Shown: positions 1 to 8,502, counted from the first letter of the stretch. The stretch: 24,000 nt of DNA from Ignavibacteria bacterium (GCA_049700455.1 JBNAVJ010000007.1:70397-94396), one strand, 5' to 3'. The notes: generated by a model not told the origin, from the letters alone. Translations and numbers: made by a program.

Positions 1-171
1 CCACGGGGTAAAAACGGATTTGGGTATGATCCTATTTTTATACCGCAGGGGGAGGCACAAACTTATGCTGAAATGAGTGTGGAACAGAAAAACTTAATTT
101 CTCATCGTAATAAAGCCTTTAGTAAATTCAATGACTATCTTTATAATTTAAAACATAAACATACTTTTTAA
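1..171 (+). CDS. rdgB: 3' end of non-canonical purine NTP (dITP/XTP) pyrophosphatase, RdgB/HAM1 family (partial; N-terminus lies outside the window)
   Basis: Frame 1 reads [56 protein letters not shown] and ends at TAA 169-171. The [11 protein letters not shown]...T.AEM....KN..SHR..A block is the conserved C-terminal signature of RdgB/Ham1. It is absent from the ORF track because the window edge truncates it. Confidence 0.8.
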   Translation, partial: PRGKNGFGYDPIFIPQGEAQTYAEMSVEQKNLISHRNKAFSKFNDYLYNLKHKHTF

Positions 172-910
172 TAAAATCAAAAATAAGTCCTCCAATATAT
201 TTTTGTTCATTCCTATTAAAAGTATGATGTGCATCAGGAAGAATCTGGACATAAGCTTTTTCTATATTTCTACGAATATGTTCTATATGATCTATGGTGG
301 CAAACTCATCACTATCCCCTTGAATAATCAGCACCGGACATTTAATTAAATGCAACAACTCTGTAATATTCCACTTCGTGAACCTATCAGATAACCAGAT
401 ATCTTTCCAGTTAGAAAATAACTTATCAATATTTTGATGATACCTTGCAAGCTTCCGGCGTAGCGTTCCTTTTACATATTCTTCTACTAAATTTTTAATA
501 CCGTTAATCATTTTTTCTTCAACAAAAATATGAGGGGCTATTGCTATAACTCCGCTCACTGATAAAGTATGATATGCTGCATATATCAACGAGATGGTAG
601 CTCCGTCACTGTGGCCTACTAAAACAAGTTTTTTGTTAAGGTTATGTGAAGTGAGTAAATAAGGTAAGACTTCATTAGCTTCCCTTTCAAGAAAATTAGT
701 GTTCCAAAAAGTATCGTCATTTTCAGACTTACCATAATTTACTCTATCATAAGCAAACCCTGGCATATTCAAACTCTCGCAAATAATAGATGGAAAAGCA
801 CCCCACTGTGCCACACTTCCAAGACCATTATGAAGAAACACTAACAGATATTCTGATGAATTCAGAAATTTCTCATTTATAAAATGAATGTATATTTTTC
901 GTTTTTTCAA
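128..910 (-). CDS. Alpha/beta-fold serine hydrolase (esterase/lipase-type), specific substrate unknown
   Basis: 260-aa ORF. It has an [10 protein letters not shown] block near the N-terminus and a nucleophile elbow G-H-S-D-G ([12 protein letters not shown]). Late acidic (IIQGDSDEF) and His (PDAHHTF) positions occur in the order expected for a Ser-Asp-His triad. The start codon is TTG at 908-910. The 3' end overlaps rdgB convergently by 44 nt. Confidence 0.8.
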   Translation of the reverse strand: MKKRKIYIHFINEKFLNSSEYLLVFLHNGLGSVAQWGAFPSIICESLNMPGFAYDRVNYGKSENDDTFWNTNFLEREANEVLPYLLTSHNLNKKLVLVGHSDGATISLIYAAYHTLSVSGVIAIAPHIFVEEKMINGIKNLVEEYVKGTLRRKLARYHQNIDKLFSNWKDIWLSDRFTKWNITELLHLIKCPVLIIQGDSDEFATIDHIEHIRRNIEKAYVQILPDAHHTFNRNEQKYIGGLIFDFIKKYVYVLNYKDSH

Positions 911-994
911 TTGAATAAAAAATTTAAACTATACCCCACAACGATAGGGGACACCAAAAGACAGGAGAATCTTTTTTTTTTGTCCAATAGGAAC

Positions 995-1354
995 TTATAG
1001 TTTATCCAGTATTCTTGGGGTGAGTTCACTACTTACATTTCCTGTATTCAAAGTTGTTACAGGTTCAAACACCATTACCCATACTTCTTCTTCTGCTGAA
1101 GATTTATGTTCTGTACCACGTGGGACTATAAGCATCTCACCTTCCTTAATTTCAACAACTTTATTCCTGAAATTCATTGTAAACTTGCCTTTAATAACAT
1201 AAAAAAGTTCATCTTCATTCTCGTGGATATGCCAGATAAATTCCCCTTTGAACTTCACAAGTTTCACATACTGTCCATTTAACTCAGCAATAACTTTAGG
1301 ATCCCAATATGTATTAAACAATTCAAATTTTTCGAGAATTTTGATTGGTTCCAT
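995..1354 (-). CDS. Cupin-domain protein (cupin_2 type small beta-barrel)
   Basis: 119-aa ORF with the two cupin motifs: G(x)5HxH(x)3-4E(x)6G-like (GEFIWHIHENEDELFYVIKG) and G(x)5PxG(x)2H (GEMLIVPRGTEHK). It starts 36 nt downstream of tRNA-Arg(CCG) on the same strand. Confidence 0.75.
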   Translation of the reverse strand: MEPIKILEKFELFNTYWDPKVIAELNGQYVKLVKFKGEFIWHIHENEDELFYVIKGKFTMNFRNKVVEIKEGEMLIVPRGTEHKSSAEEEVWVMVFEPVTTLNTGNVSSELTPRILDKL

Positions 1355-1390
1355 ATTCTTTTTATTAATTATAAAAGATAAGAGTAATAG

Positions 1391-1462
1391 TGCTCCGTAG
1401 AGGATTCGAACCTCTAAAAGCAGAACCGGAATCTGCTGGTTTATCCATTAGCCTAACGGAGC
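1391..1462 (-). tRNA. tRNA-Arg (anticodon CCG)
   Basis: The reverse complement folds as a cloverleaf: GCTCCGT TA GGCT AATGGATA AACC A GCAGA TTCCGGT TCTGC TTTT AGAGG TTCGAAT CCTCT ACGGAGC A. The acceptor stem has 7 bp. The T-loop is TTCGAAT, GG is present in the D-loop, and the anticodon loop is TT-CCG-GT. CCA is not encoded. Confidence 0.85.
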
Positions 1463-1702
1463 GGTTTTCTTCAACCAATCCGAATAAAACTATATTTACC
1501 CTCTTCCAATAAGTTAAATTTAATAACAAATGAAACAATATTTAAGACAAAAAACGGTTATTATTTTTTTCTTACTTTTAGCAACTGGAAATGATAGGAA
1601 AACAACTCACTTCAAGAAATGTTTTAAATTGATATTCCAAAATGAACAGAATTTTTAAAAATTTATTCCTAATTTTTATTACTTAAAAAACTAACTAAAA
1701 CT

Positions 1703-2530
1703 ATGAAAAAACTTATTTGTATTATAATTTTATTTTTAATTCCAACATTGAGTATATCTCAGACAGCAGAGGAATTTTATGAAAAAGGAAACGATGCCCT
1801 CCTCAGCAAAGACTATGACAAAGCAATAGAATTTTTCAGAAAGTCTCTTACTCTAAATCCCTCAAACAATAGAGTAATTTTAGCGATTGGAACTGCTTTT
1901 ATAAGTAAAAAGTTACCAGATTCTGCTTTTTACTATTTTGACCTTGCTACTAAAATAGACCCCAATAATGCAACTGCTTTTGCAAGCAGAGGTGCTATTT
2001 ACCTTATGAGAAAACAGTTTGATCTTTCCTACAAAGACTTAAAGCAGTCGATTTTTCTCGACTCAACTCTAATAATAGCATATAACTCTCTGGCAACTTA
2101 TTACGTATTGATGAATAAGGCAGATTCTGCACTTCTAATTCTCAATCGAGCAATAGAAATAGCCCCTTCCAGTACCGATGCATATTATAACAGAGCCACA
2201 TTTTATGGAGCCTTTGACGAATTTGAAAAAGCACTTGAAGACATAAATAAAGTGATTGAATTAGCACCTACTGTCGCCAAAGGTTATTATACAAGAGGAA
2301 CAATTAACAGATATCTTGGTAAATTTGATGAAGCTCTTAAAGATTTCGATTATGCTATTCAGCTTGACCCAAAAGATGGGGAAGCTTATGTAAGACGTGC
2401 TGTGTGCTTATTAAAAATAGGTAAGATTAAAGAAGCACTGGTAGATTTCGAATACGGATATCTACTAGAACCTGACCTTAAAGAACAAACAAAAGAATAT
2501 TATGAAGAGGCTCTAAAAAAACGCAATTGA
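1703..2530 (+). CDS. Secreted tetratricopeptide-repeat (TPR) protein
   Basis: 275-aa ORF. The N-terminal signal peptide is MKKLICIIILFLIPTLSISQ. It is followed by about 7 tandem 34-residue TPR units (recurring A..Y...G......Y..A...F..A....P patterns, e.g. AEEFYEKGNDALLSKDYDKAIEFFRKSLTLNPSN). Confidence 0.85.
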   Translation: MKKLICIIILFLIPTLSISQTAEEFYEKGNDALLSKDYDKAIEFFRKSLTLNPSNNRVILAIGTAFISKKLPDSAFYYFDLATKIDPNNATAFASRGAIYLMRKQFDLSYKDLKQSIFLDSTLIIAYNSLATYYVLMNKADSALLILNRAIEIAPSSTDAYYNRATFYGAFDEFEKALEDINKVIELAPTVAKGYYTRGTINRYLGKFDEALKDFDYAIQLDPKDGEAYVRRAVCLLKIGKIKEALVDFEYGYLLEPDLKEQTKEYYEEALKKRN

Positions 2531-2549
2531 AGATTCTCAAAATACTGTT

Positions 2550-2621
2550 CTTTTCACAGAAGGTTCAAACCTCTAAAAGCAGAACTGGGATTTTTTGATT
2601 TATCTATTAACCTAACGTAAC
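2550..2621 (-). pseudogene. Decayed copy of tRNA-Arg(CCG) (tRNA relic, not foldable as a functional tRNA)
   Basis: It is collinear over the full 72 nt with the tRNA at 1391-1462, in the same orientation and with no indels. Blocks such as ctctaaaagcagaac and cctaacg are identical. The T-arm region keeps most positions (gaaggttcaaacctct versus gaggattcgaacctct). The anticodon stem-loop (tgggattttttg versus cggaatctgctg) and the acceptor pairing are destroyed. Confidence 0.6.
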
Positions 2622-2628
2622 ATCTAAC

Positions 2629-4698
2629 TTACCAAATCGAAACTCTCTCTTCAGGTTTTTTGTACATCTTATCTGTCGGTTGAATTTTAAATGCATCGTA
2701 AAATTCTTGAATATTGTAGACAATCCCATTTACTCTTGCAATAGAAGGCGAATGAACATCTTCCTTAAGTCTTCTCATAAGCTCTTTGAGTCTTATATCA
2801 CCACGCCATATCTGTGCATAGGAAAGGAAAAATCTCTGAAGAGGCGTAAACCCATCAATAATTTCAGGAGGGGGGTTTTTCTTCCACACTTTTTGTAGAG
2901 CATGCAATGCTATTGTAATTCCTCCTAAATCTGAAATATTCTCTCCAAGAGTAAGTTTACCATCTACTTTTAAAGAATCATTTATATAGAAATTATTAAA
3001 CTGCTCCTCTAATTTAGAAGTAATTTTCTTGTAGTTTTCAGCATCAGTTTCAGTCCACCAGTCATTAAGGTTACCATCTTTATCATATTTTCTCCCCTGA
3101 TCATCAAAACCGTGTGTCATTTCGTGACCTATCACAACCCCTATCCCACCATAATTCACAGCATCATCACCTTCCGCAAAGAAAAAGGGCGGTTGAAGTA
3201 TACCTGCCGGAAAAACTATCTCATTCATATTTGAACTATAATATGCATTCACAGTTTGAGGAGACATCCCCCATCTTTGTCTGTCAACAGGTTTGCCAAC
3301 CTGAGATAAATTGTAAAGATAGTTAAATCTATTAGTATTTATGCAGTTATCAAAATAAGAATCTTTTGTTATTTGTAATTCGGAAAAATCCCTCCATTTA
3401 TCTGGATATCCAACCTTTATGTTCATACTTTCCAATTTAGCAAGGGCAGCTTTCTTTGTAGCATCACTCATCCAGCTCAGTGCCTGTATCCTATCATAAA
3501 AAGCATCTTTCAAATTCAAAACCAGATCATAAATTCTCTCTTTTGCCTGTGGGGGGAAATACTTCTCAACATATAATTGACCTAAAACTTCTCCAAGTGA
3601 GCCATTAACAGTTTCCAGTACTCGTTTCCAGCGTGGCTTCTGCTCTTTTTGTCCACTGAGAAACTTACCCCAAAACTCAAAACCAGCCTCAACAAACTCA
3701 TCTGAAAGATAACCTGACGTCGAACGAACTAAATTCCATTCAAAATATGTCTTCAAATCCTCCAGCGAAATTGCTGAAAGTACACCTCCGAGCTTTTCAA
3801 AATAGGGCTTTTGAGTAACATTTATCTCAAAATTATTATCACCGAAACCAAGACCATTGAAATAGCTCTTCCAATTGAAATAAGGACAAATATTTATCAA
3901 TTCTGATACTGCCATTTTATGATAATTCTTTTCCGGCTCTCTTAGTTCATATCTTGAATAAGAAATTTCCGCAAGTTTTGTCTCAATTGACATTACTATT
4001 TGAGCCATCTGTTCAGCCTGACTGGTTTCCTTACCAATCAAACGGAACATTTTGCTTACAAACTCAATATATTTCTGACGAATTTCCTTCATTCTCGGCT
4101 CTTCACTAAGATAGTAATCCCTATCTCTTAATCCTAACCCACCCTGTCCTAGGTGTAAAATTACCATAGAACTATTTTTGTCATCCTGCGCACCATAGGT
4201 AACAAAGAATGGAAAAATTCTAAACATATGAAAATATGCAAGTTCTTTGATTAACTCTTCCTGGCTATAGATTTTATTAATTCTCTCAAGGTAAGGCAAG
4301 AGAGGTTTGGCACCTAAAGTTTCAATCCGTATACTATCCATTCCACTCTCATAAAAATCTCCTATTTTCTGTTTATTTGAACCTGGGAGTTTCGTTTTAT
4401 CTTTTACAGATGATTCAACAATTTCCTTTATTTGTAGCAGATTGTTTTCTGTCAACTCATCAAAAGCCCCATAACGTGTTTTATCTGGGGGAATAGGATT
4501 ATTCTTTATCCAGTTCCCGTTTGCGTAATGGAAAAAATCATCACCCGGTTTAATATTTAAATCCATATTCTTGCTATCGATAGGTAGTAATTGTTGAGCT
4601 AAGATAATTCTTGAGACAATCAGTAAAATAAAAACGAAAAATAAAAACTTAAATTTTTTCATCACCGTTTTATTAATTATTTTTTTAAAATTACTCAA
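2629..4698 (-). CDS. M13-family zinc metalloendopeptidase (neprilysin/endothelin-converting-enzyme/PepO-like), secreted or membrane-anchored
   Basis: 689-aa ORF. It has the zinc site HExxH (VIGHEMTHGFD) and the downstream third-ligand motif E-N-x-x-D-x-G-G (GENISDLGG). The conserved NAYY (VNAYYSS) and C-terminal VNG...N..EF..AF blocks are present. The hydrophobic N-terminal anchor/signal is MKKFKFLFFVFILLIVSRIIL. An alternative, more likely start is the ATG at 4662, which removes 12 aa. Confidence 0.9.
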   Translation of the reverse strand: MSNFKKIINKTVMKKFKFLFFVFILLIVSRIILAQQLLPIDSKNMDLNIKPGDDFFHYANGNWIKNNPIPPDKTRYGAFDELTENNLLQIKEIVESSVKDKTKLPGSNKQKIGDFYESGMDSIRIETLGAKPLLPYLERINKIYSQEELIKELAYFHMFRIFPFFVTYGAQDDKNSSMVILHLGQGGLGLRDRDYYLSEEPRMKEIRQKYIEFVSKMFRLIGKETSQAEQMAQIVMSIETKLAEISYSRYELREPEKNYHKMAVSELINICPYFNWKSYFNGLGFGDNNFEINVTQKPYFEKLGGVLSAISLEDLKTYFEWNLVRSTSGYLSDEFVEAGFEFWGKFLSGQKEQKPRWKRVLETVNGSLGEVLGQLYVEKYFPPQAKERIYDLVLNLKDAFYDRIQALSWMSDATKKAALAKLESMNIKVGYPDKWRDFSELQITKDSYFDNCINTNRFNYLYNLSQVGKPVDRQRWGMSPQTVNAYYSSNMNEIVFPAGILQPPFFFAEGDDAVNYGGIGVVIGHEMTHGFDDQGRKYDKDGNLNDWWTETDAENYKKITSKLEEQFNNFYINDSLKVDGKLTLGENISDLGGITIALHALQKVWKKNPPPEIIDGFTPLQRFFLSYAQIWRGDIRLKELMRRLKEDVHSPSIARVNGIVYNIQEFYDAFKIQPTDKMYKKPEERVSIW

Positions 4699-4761
4699 AG
4701 AGGAAATAGATTGAAATGAGATATTTCTTACCTAAATTATAAGAACCCGGTAGTATAAAAT

Positions 4762-5688
4762 TTATTTTCGTTTTATTCTTGAATAAAGTCCTATTGTAGG
4801 ATCGACAACAAACTTTAAAAGAACTTTAAGCCATGATTTATGATAGTAAAGTGAGTCATAATATTCAGGAGCAAGTTTTTTAAGTTTAGGCAACCTCGTT
4901 CGAGGTATACTCGGAAAATCATGATGTTCATTGTGATAACCAACATTAAATGTTAACTTATTGAGTGGCCCATAATATGAATATGTTTCCTGTTCATCGT
5001 AAAAGACATAATGTTCAGAAATAAAATGTCCTGCTAATGGGTGCAAGCTGCCTGCAATAAAATCACATACTATTAAGTAAACAATACCCTGCCACCCAAA
5101 CATTAAAACATATCCTACCATTACAAGCAACTGAAAGATAATGTTTATAATCTGCCATTTCTTCAATTTCAAAGGATACACGAACATAGGCCTGAAAGCA
5201 TAAAATAATATCTGAAAAACTGCCCAGAAAAATTTACCAATACTACCTCGAAACACTTTTACTTCCAGTTGTGAGGGAATATCAACATCTGTATTGTGTT
5301 TTCCCTGTTCTTTATGGTGTATCGTATGATAGAGTTTAAAGGACATTGCATATGGGAATACAATTGGAATGTTAGCAATTAATGCCAACCAATTATTATA
5401 AACCTGCTTTTTAAAAGCAAGATTATGAGTAATTTCATGAATTGCAAGAAATAGTACATGATTAATGGTAGCACCTATAAAATATGCATATAATATATAC
5501 CAGACAAAATTCAACTTCGGAATGATAAGAGACGATATGATTTGAACCACTACAAGAAAAATAGTTATAATAGCGAGTCTGATATCAGGACCGAATAATT
5601 TCCGTACTTCCGGATATTTACTCAAAATTTCCTGTCGTCGTTTACTATGCGGTTGTGGAATATTTGTCCAGAAAAAATCGCGTTTCAT
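4762..5688 (-). CDS. Sphingolipid delta-4 desaturase / dihydroceramide desaturase-like membrane desaturase (DEGS/Des1 family)
   Basis: 308-aa ORF with three histidine boxes: HEITHN, HTIHHKEQG and HNEHHDFP. The N-terminal block DFFWTNIPQPHSKRRQEILSKYPEVRKLFGPD matches the Lipid_DES N-terminal domain. By recollection the protein is collinear along its whole length with animal DEGS1 (e.g. ETYSYYGPLN.LTFNVGYHNEHHDFP..P...LP....APEYYD). The ATG lies 3 nt after the end of tRNA-Arg(ACG). Confidence 0.85.
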   Translation of the reverse strand: MKRDFFWTNIPQPHSKRRQEILSKYPEVRKLFGPDIRLAIITIFLVVVQIISSLIIPKLNFVWYILYAYFIGATINHVLFLAIHEITHNLAFKKQVYNNWLALIANIPIVFPYAMSFKLYHTIHHKEQGKHNTDVDIPSQLEVKVFRGSIGKFFWAVFQILFYAFRPMFVYPLKLKKWQIINIIFQLLVMVGYVLMFGWQGIVYLIVCDFIAGSLHPLAGHFISEHYVFYDEQETYSYYGPLNKLTFNVGYHNEHHDFPSIPRTRLPKLKKLAPEYYDSLYYHKSWLKVLLKFVVDPTIGLYSRIKRK

Positions 5689-5691
5689 TTG

Positions 5692-5763
5692 TACCCCGTA
5701 GAGGATTCGAACCTCTAAAGACAGATCCGTAGTCTGCCGGTTTATCCATTAGCCTAACGGGGC
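5692..5763 (-). tRNA. tRNA-Arg (anticodon ACG)
   Basis: The reverse complement folds as GCCCCGT TA GGCT AATGGATA AACC G GCAGA CTACGGA TCTGT CTTT AGAGG TTCGAAT CCTCT ACGGGGT A. The anticodon loop is CT-ACG-GA. The acceptor stem has a G1-U72 wobble pair. The D- and T-arms are identical to those of the CCG isoacceptor at 1391-1462. Confidence 0.85.
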
Positions 5764-5900
5764 AAACTGATTAATAATAACAATTTTTTTAACAATTATA
5801 AAGGAAAAAATAGTGAGAGATATTACAGTATGGTTGTAATGAAACAGCAGTTCTTATATCCCAACACAATTTAAAATAAAAAAGAATTTTAAAATGTATA

Positions 5901-5947
5901 AAAAAACATAAGCAGAACACTTTTATAATGTTCCGCTTATGTTTTTT
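5901..5947 (-). terminator. Rho-independent (bidirectional-looking) terminator downstream of rpoD
   Basis: Stem 5906-5918 (acataagcagaac) pairs with 5930-5942 (gttccgcttatgt) at 12 of 13 positions. The loop is 11 nt. An A-run (5901-5905) and a T-run (5943-5947) flank the stem, so either strand reads hairpin plus U-tract. It lies 41 nt after the rpoD stop. Confidence 0.7.
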
Positions 5948-5987
5948 AAAAAATACTATTGTTAAATTGACACTGAACTATTTCAGT

Positions 5988-6845
5988 TCATCTACCAAGG
6001 TACTGTTTTAAATTTTTACACCTTGAAGATTGACGTAGTTTTCTAATTGCTTTTTCCTTTATTTGACGAACCCTCTCGCGAGTTAGTTTATACTTATCTC
6101 CAATTTCCTCAAGTGTTAATGGATTTTCTTTTCCCAGTCCATAATATAACATTACCACTTCCTTTTCTCTTTGTGTAAGTGTATCAAGAGACCTCTTGAT
6201 TTCTATATTAAGAGAATCTCTTTCAAGTTTGTTATCCGGCATTGTCTCAACTTTGTCTGGCATTATATCAATAAGCTTGGTATCTTCTCCGTGAACACTT
6301 GGAGCATCAATTGATACATGTCCTCCTGAGTTTTTCAAAGTTTCCAGCACATCGTAAATACTTATATCTAATTCTCCAGCAATTTCCATTGCATTAGGAC
6401 TTCTCTCATGCTTTTGTTCTAACTCCCCAATAACCTTCTGAATTTTGCTCTTTTGCTGTACAATATTAAGGGGCAATCTTACAACACGAGATTGTTCAGC
6501 AAGCGCTTGAAGAATAGACTGTCTAATCCACCACACCGCATAAGAAATAAATTTAAATCCTCGCGTTTCATCAAATTTCTTAGCAGCCTTAATTAACCCC
6601 AGATTCCCCTCATTGATAAGATCATTGAGAGAAAGTCCCTGATTCTGATATTGCTTTGCTACACTGACAACAAACCTCAAATTAGCTTTAACAAGTTTGT
6701 CTAAAGCTTCCTTATCACCTTTTTTAATTCTTTTGGCACATTCAATTTCTTCTTCAACACTTAAAGGGACAGTCTTACTAATTTCTTTTAAGTATATATC
6801 AGTAGACTGATTTTCCCTGCTGGTATATTGTTTTCCTAATTTCAT
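5988..6845 (-). CDS. rpoD: Primary (housekeeping) RNA polymerase sigma factor, short FCB/Bacteroides-type sigma-70 family
   Basis: 285-aa ORF with all the expected regions. Region 1.2/2 is [61 protein letters not shown]. Region 3 is present. Region 4.2 is [29 protein letters not shown]. By recollection the core is nearly identical to the ~286-aa sigma-A of Bacteroides. It lacks the long region 1.1 and the non-conserved insert of proteobacterial RpoD. Confidence 0.9.
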   Translation of the reverse strand: MKLGKQYTSRENQSTDIYLKEISKTVPLSVEEEIECAKRIKKGDKEALDKLVKANLRFVVSVAKQYQNQGLSLNDLINEGNLGLIKAAKKFDETRGFKFISYAVWWIRQSILQALAEQSRVVRLPLNIVQQKSKIQKVIGELEQKHERSPNAMEIAGELDISIYDVLETLKNSGGHVSIDAPSVHGEDTKLIDIMPDKVETMPDNKLERDSLNIEIKRSLDTLTQREKEVVMLYYGLGKENPLTLEEIGDKYKLTRERVRQIKEKAIRKLRQSSRCKNLKQYLGR

Positions 6846-6869
6846 ACTCTTCTGAATAAGATTTTATCC

Positions 6870-6898
6870 AAGATACTTAAACTAACACTTAATCGCAA
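6870..6898 (-). promoter_or_regulatory. Candidate promoter for rpoD (sigma-70-like hexamers)
   Basis: The minus strand reads TTGCGA (6898-6893), a 17-nt spacer, then TATCTT (6875-6870), about 25 nt upstream of the rpoD ATG. Each hexamer matches the consensus at only 4 of 6 positions. FCB-type sigma-A may prefer a different (-7 TAnnTTTG) consensus, and I could not find a clean example of that here. Confidence 0.25.
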
Positions 6899-6938
6899 AA
6901 GTTCCTTATTAAATAATAGAGCAATACTTGACCTTTCA

Positions 6939-7238
6939 TTATTCAACAGTACCAATTAAATCAATCTTATCTTCTTTGTGAAGGGTAACAATAGCCTTCT
7001 TTCTGTCAGGTCTATAACCGGTAAATCTACCCCGTCGGGTAAATTGAGTTTTTTGTTTGCCTTTGATTATTGCAGTTCGAACACTTAAAACCCTCACATT
7101 GAACTTCTTTTCAATAGCCCTGGCTATTTCAATCTTATTCGCATTCTTGTCTACTTCAAAAGCATACTGATTGTGAGCTTCCTGAAGAAGAGTATTTTTC
7201 TCTGTTATTATTGGTCTTATTAATATTCTTTTCATCAC
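6939..7238 (-). CDS. rplW: 50S ribosomal protein L23
   Basis: 99-aa ORF with the typical L23 sequence (IIRPIITEK...YAFEVDKNANKIEIARAIEKKFNVRV..V.T). It sits immediately downstream of rplD as in the S10 operon. Confidence 0.95.
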   Translation of the reverse strand: MMKRILIRPIITEKNTLLQEAHNQYAFEVDKNANKIEIARAIEKKFNVRVLSVRTAIIKGKQKTQFTRRGRFTGYRPDRKKAIVTLHKEDKIDLIGTVE

Positions 7239-7251
7239 AGTTTAATTAAAA

Positions 7252-7878
7252 TTACAGGAGACTCTTACACAAATTTCCTACTGCTGATTTTTGAATAAGT
7301 ACTGTTTTATTATTCAATATATCATAAGTAGCTACCTTATCAGAAATCATAATATTGAGGTTGCTAATATTTCTACCAGCTTTGTACAAATTGTCATTCT
7401 TTTCCGGAACTAATAACAATGTCTTGATTTTGTCAAGATTAAGAGCTTTCAAAATCTGAACCATATTTCTTGTTTTTGGCTCATCAAATGAAAAGTCCTC
7501 AACAATTTTTATTTCATTAGCCTTTGCTTTAAGACTCAAAGCGCTTTTTCTTGCCAGTCGAGCTGCTTTTTTAGGTAACCCCAGTGTATATTTATGAGGA
7601 CGCGGTCCAAAAATTGTTCCACCTCCTACCATCAGGGGAGATCTATTTGTTCCTCTTCTCGCATAACCTGTACCCTTTTGTCTATAAGGTTTTTTTCCAC
7701 CACCGCGGACTTCACCACGTTCTTTGGTTTTATGAGTCCCCTGTCTCTGGTTAGCAAGATATACCCTTACAGCCTGATAAATTAAATGATCATTTGGTTC
7801 AACAGCAAACACTTCATCAGGTAAGTTTACTGTTTCTCCACTTTCTGTTCCGTCAATCCTATATACTTTTAGTTCCAT
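7252..7878 (-). CDS. rplD: 50S ribosomal protein L4
   Basis: 208-aa ORF with the L4 signature RQGTHKTKERGEVRGGGKKPYRQKGTGYARRGTNRSPLMVGGGTIFGP. Position is the conserved rplC-rplD-rplW order. Confidence 0.95.
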   Translation of the reverse strand: MELKVYRIDGTESGETVNLPDEVFAVEPNDHLIYQAVRVYLANQRQGTHKTKERGEVRGGGKKPYRQKGTGYARRGTNRSPLMVGGGTIFGPRPHKYTLGLPKKAARLARKSALSLKAKANEIKIVEDFSFDEPKTRNMVQILKALNLDKIKTLLLVPEKNDNLYKAGRNISNLNIMISDKVATYDILNNKTVLIQKSAVGNLCKSLL

Positions 7879-7884
7879 TTCACA

Positions 7885-8502
7885 TTATTTATATATTTCA
7901 ATAATACCGGAATTTGGTCCGGGAACCGCACCTTTTACCAGTAATAAGTTAGAATCAGGAAAGACTTTTATTACTTTGAGATTCCTTACAGAAACATTCA
8001 CATTTCCCATTCTACCTGCCATACGCTGTCCTTTCCACACTCTTGAGGGATAGGAACTTGCTCCAATTGAACCGGGCGCTCGTTCTCTATCGCTTTGACC
8101 ATGGGTTCTCACTCCACCACCAAATCCATGACGTTTTACTACCCCCTGAAATCCTCTCCCTTTGGATTTCCCTCTGACTTTAACTTTATCACCAACTTGA
8201 AATATATCCACTTTTAACATATCACCAACTTTAACTGTCTCAACAGGAAAATCTCTGATTTCTTTTAAGTGTTTCACGGGAGTAATTTTCAACTTTTTAA
8301 ATACCGACATTTGAGCCTTATTAACTTTCTTGGGCTTCTGTTCACCAAAACCTATTTGAATTGCATTGTAACCATCGGTATCTTTAGTCTTGACCCGAGT
8401 TACAATACAGGGACCGGCTTCTATCACAGTGCAAGGAATTGCTTCTCCGGAATCCTCAAAATATGTAGTCATTCCGATTTTTCGACCTATAATGCCTAAC
8501 AT
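7885..8502 (-). CDS. rplC: 50S ribosomal protein L3
   Basis: 205-aa ORF: MLGIIGRKIGMT...GKSKGRGFQGVVKRHGFGGG..THGQSDRERAPGSIG. This is classical L3. Confidence 0.95.
   Translation of the reverse strand: MLGIIGRKIGMTTYFEDSGEAIPCTVIEAGPCIVTRVKTKDTDGYNAIQIGFGEQKPKKVNKAQMSVFKKLKITPVKHLKEIRDFPVETVKVGDMLKVDIFQVGDKVKVRGKSKGRGFQGVVKRHGFGGGVRTHGQSDRERAPGSIGASSYPSRVWKGQRMAGRMGNVNVSVRNLKVIKVFPDSNLLLVKGAVPGPNSGIIEIYK

Noticed and set aside
128-171. A 44-nt convergent overlap of the rdgB and hydrolase 3' ends.
   Set aside because: Both frames look genuine, but the overlap covers only non-conserved C-terminal tails. It is probably a trivial consequence of late stop codons in AT-rich sequence, with no evidence of regulatory meaning.
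1391-5763. An integrative mobile element or genomic island bounded by tRNA-Arg copies.
   Set aside because: There is no integrase, excisionase or transposase gene. There are no exact direct repeats of a tRNA 3' segment: the relic is a diverged full-length copy, not an att-type partial duplicate. I report it only as a tRNA duplication/decay pattern.
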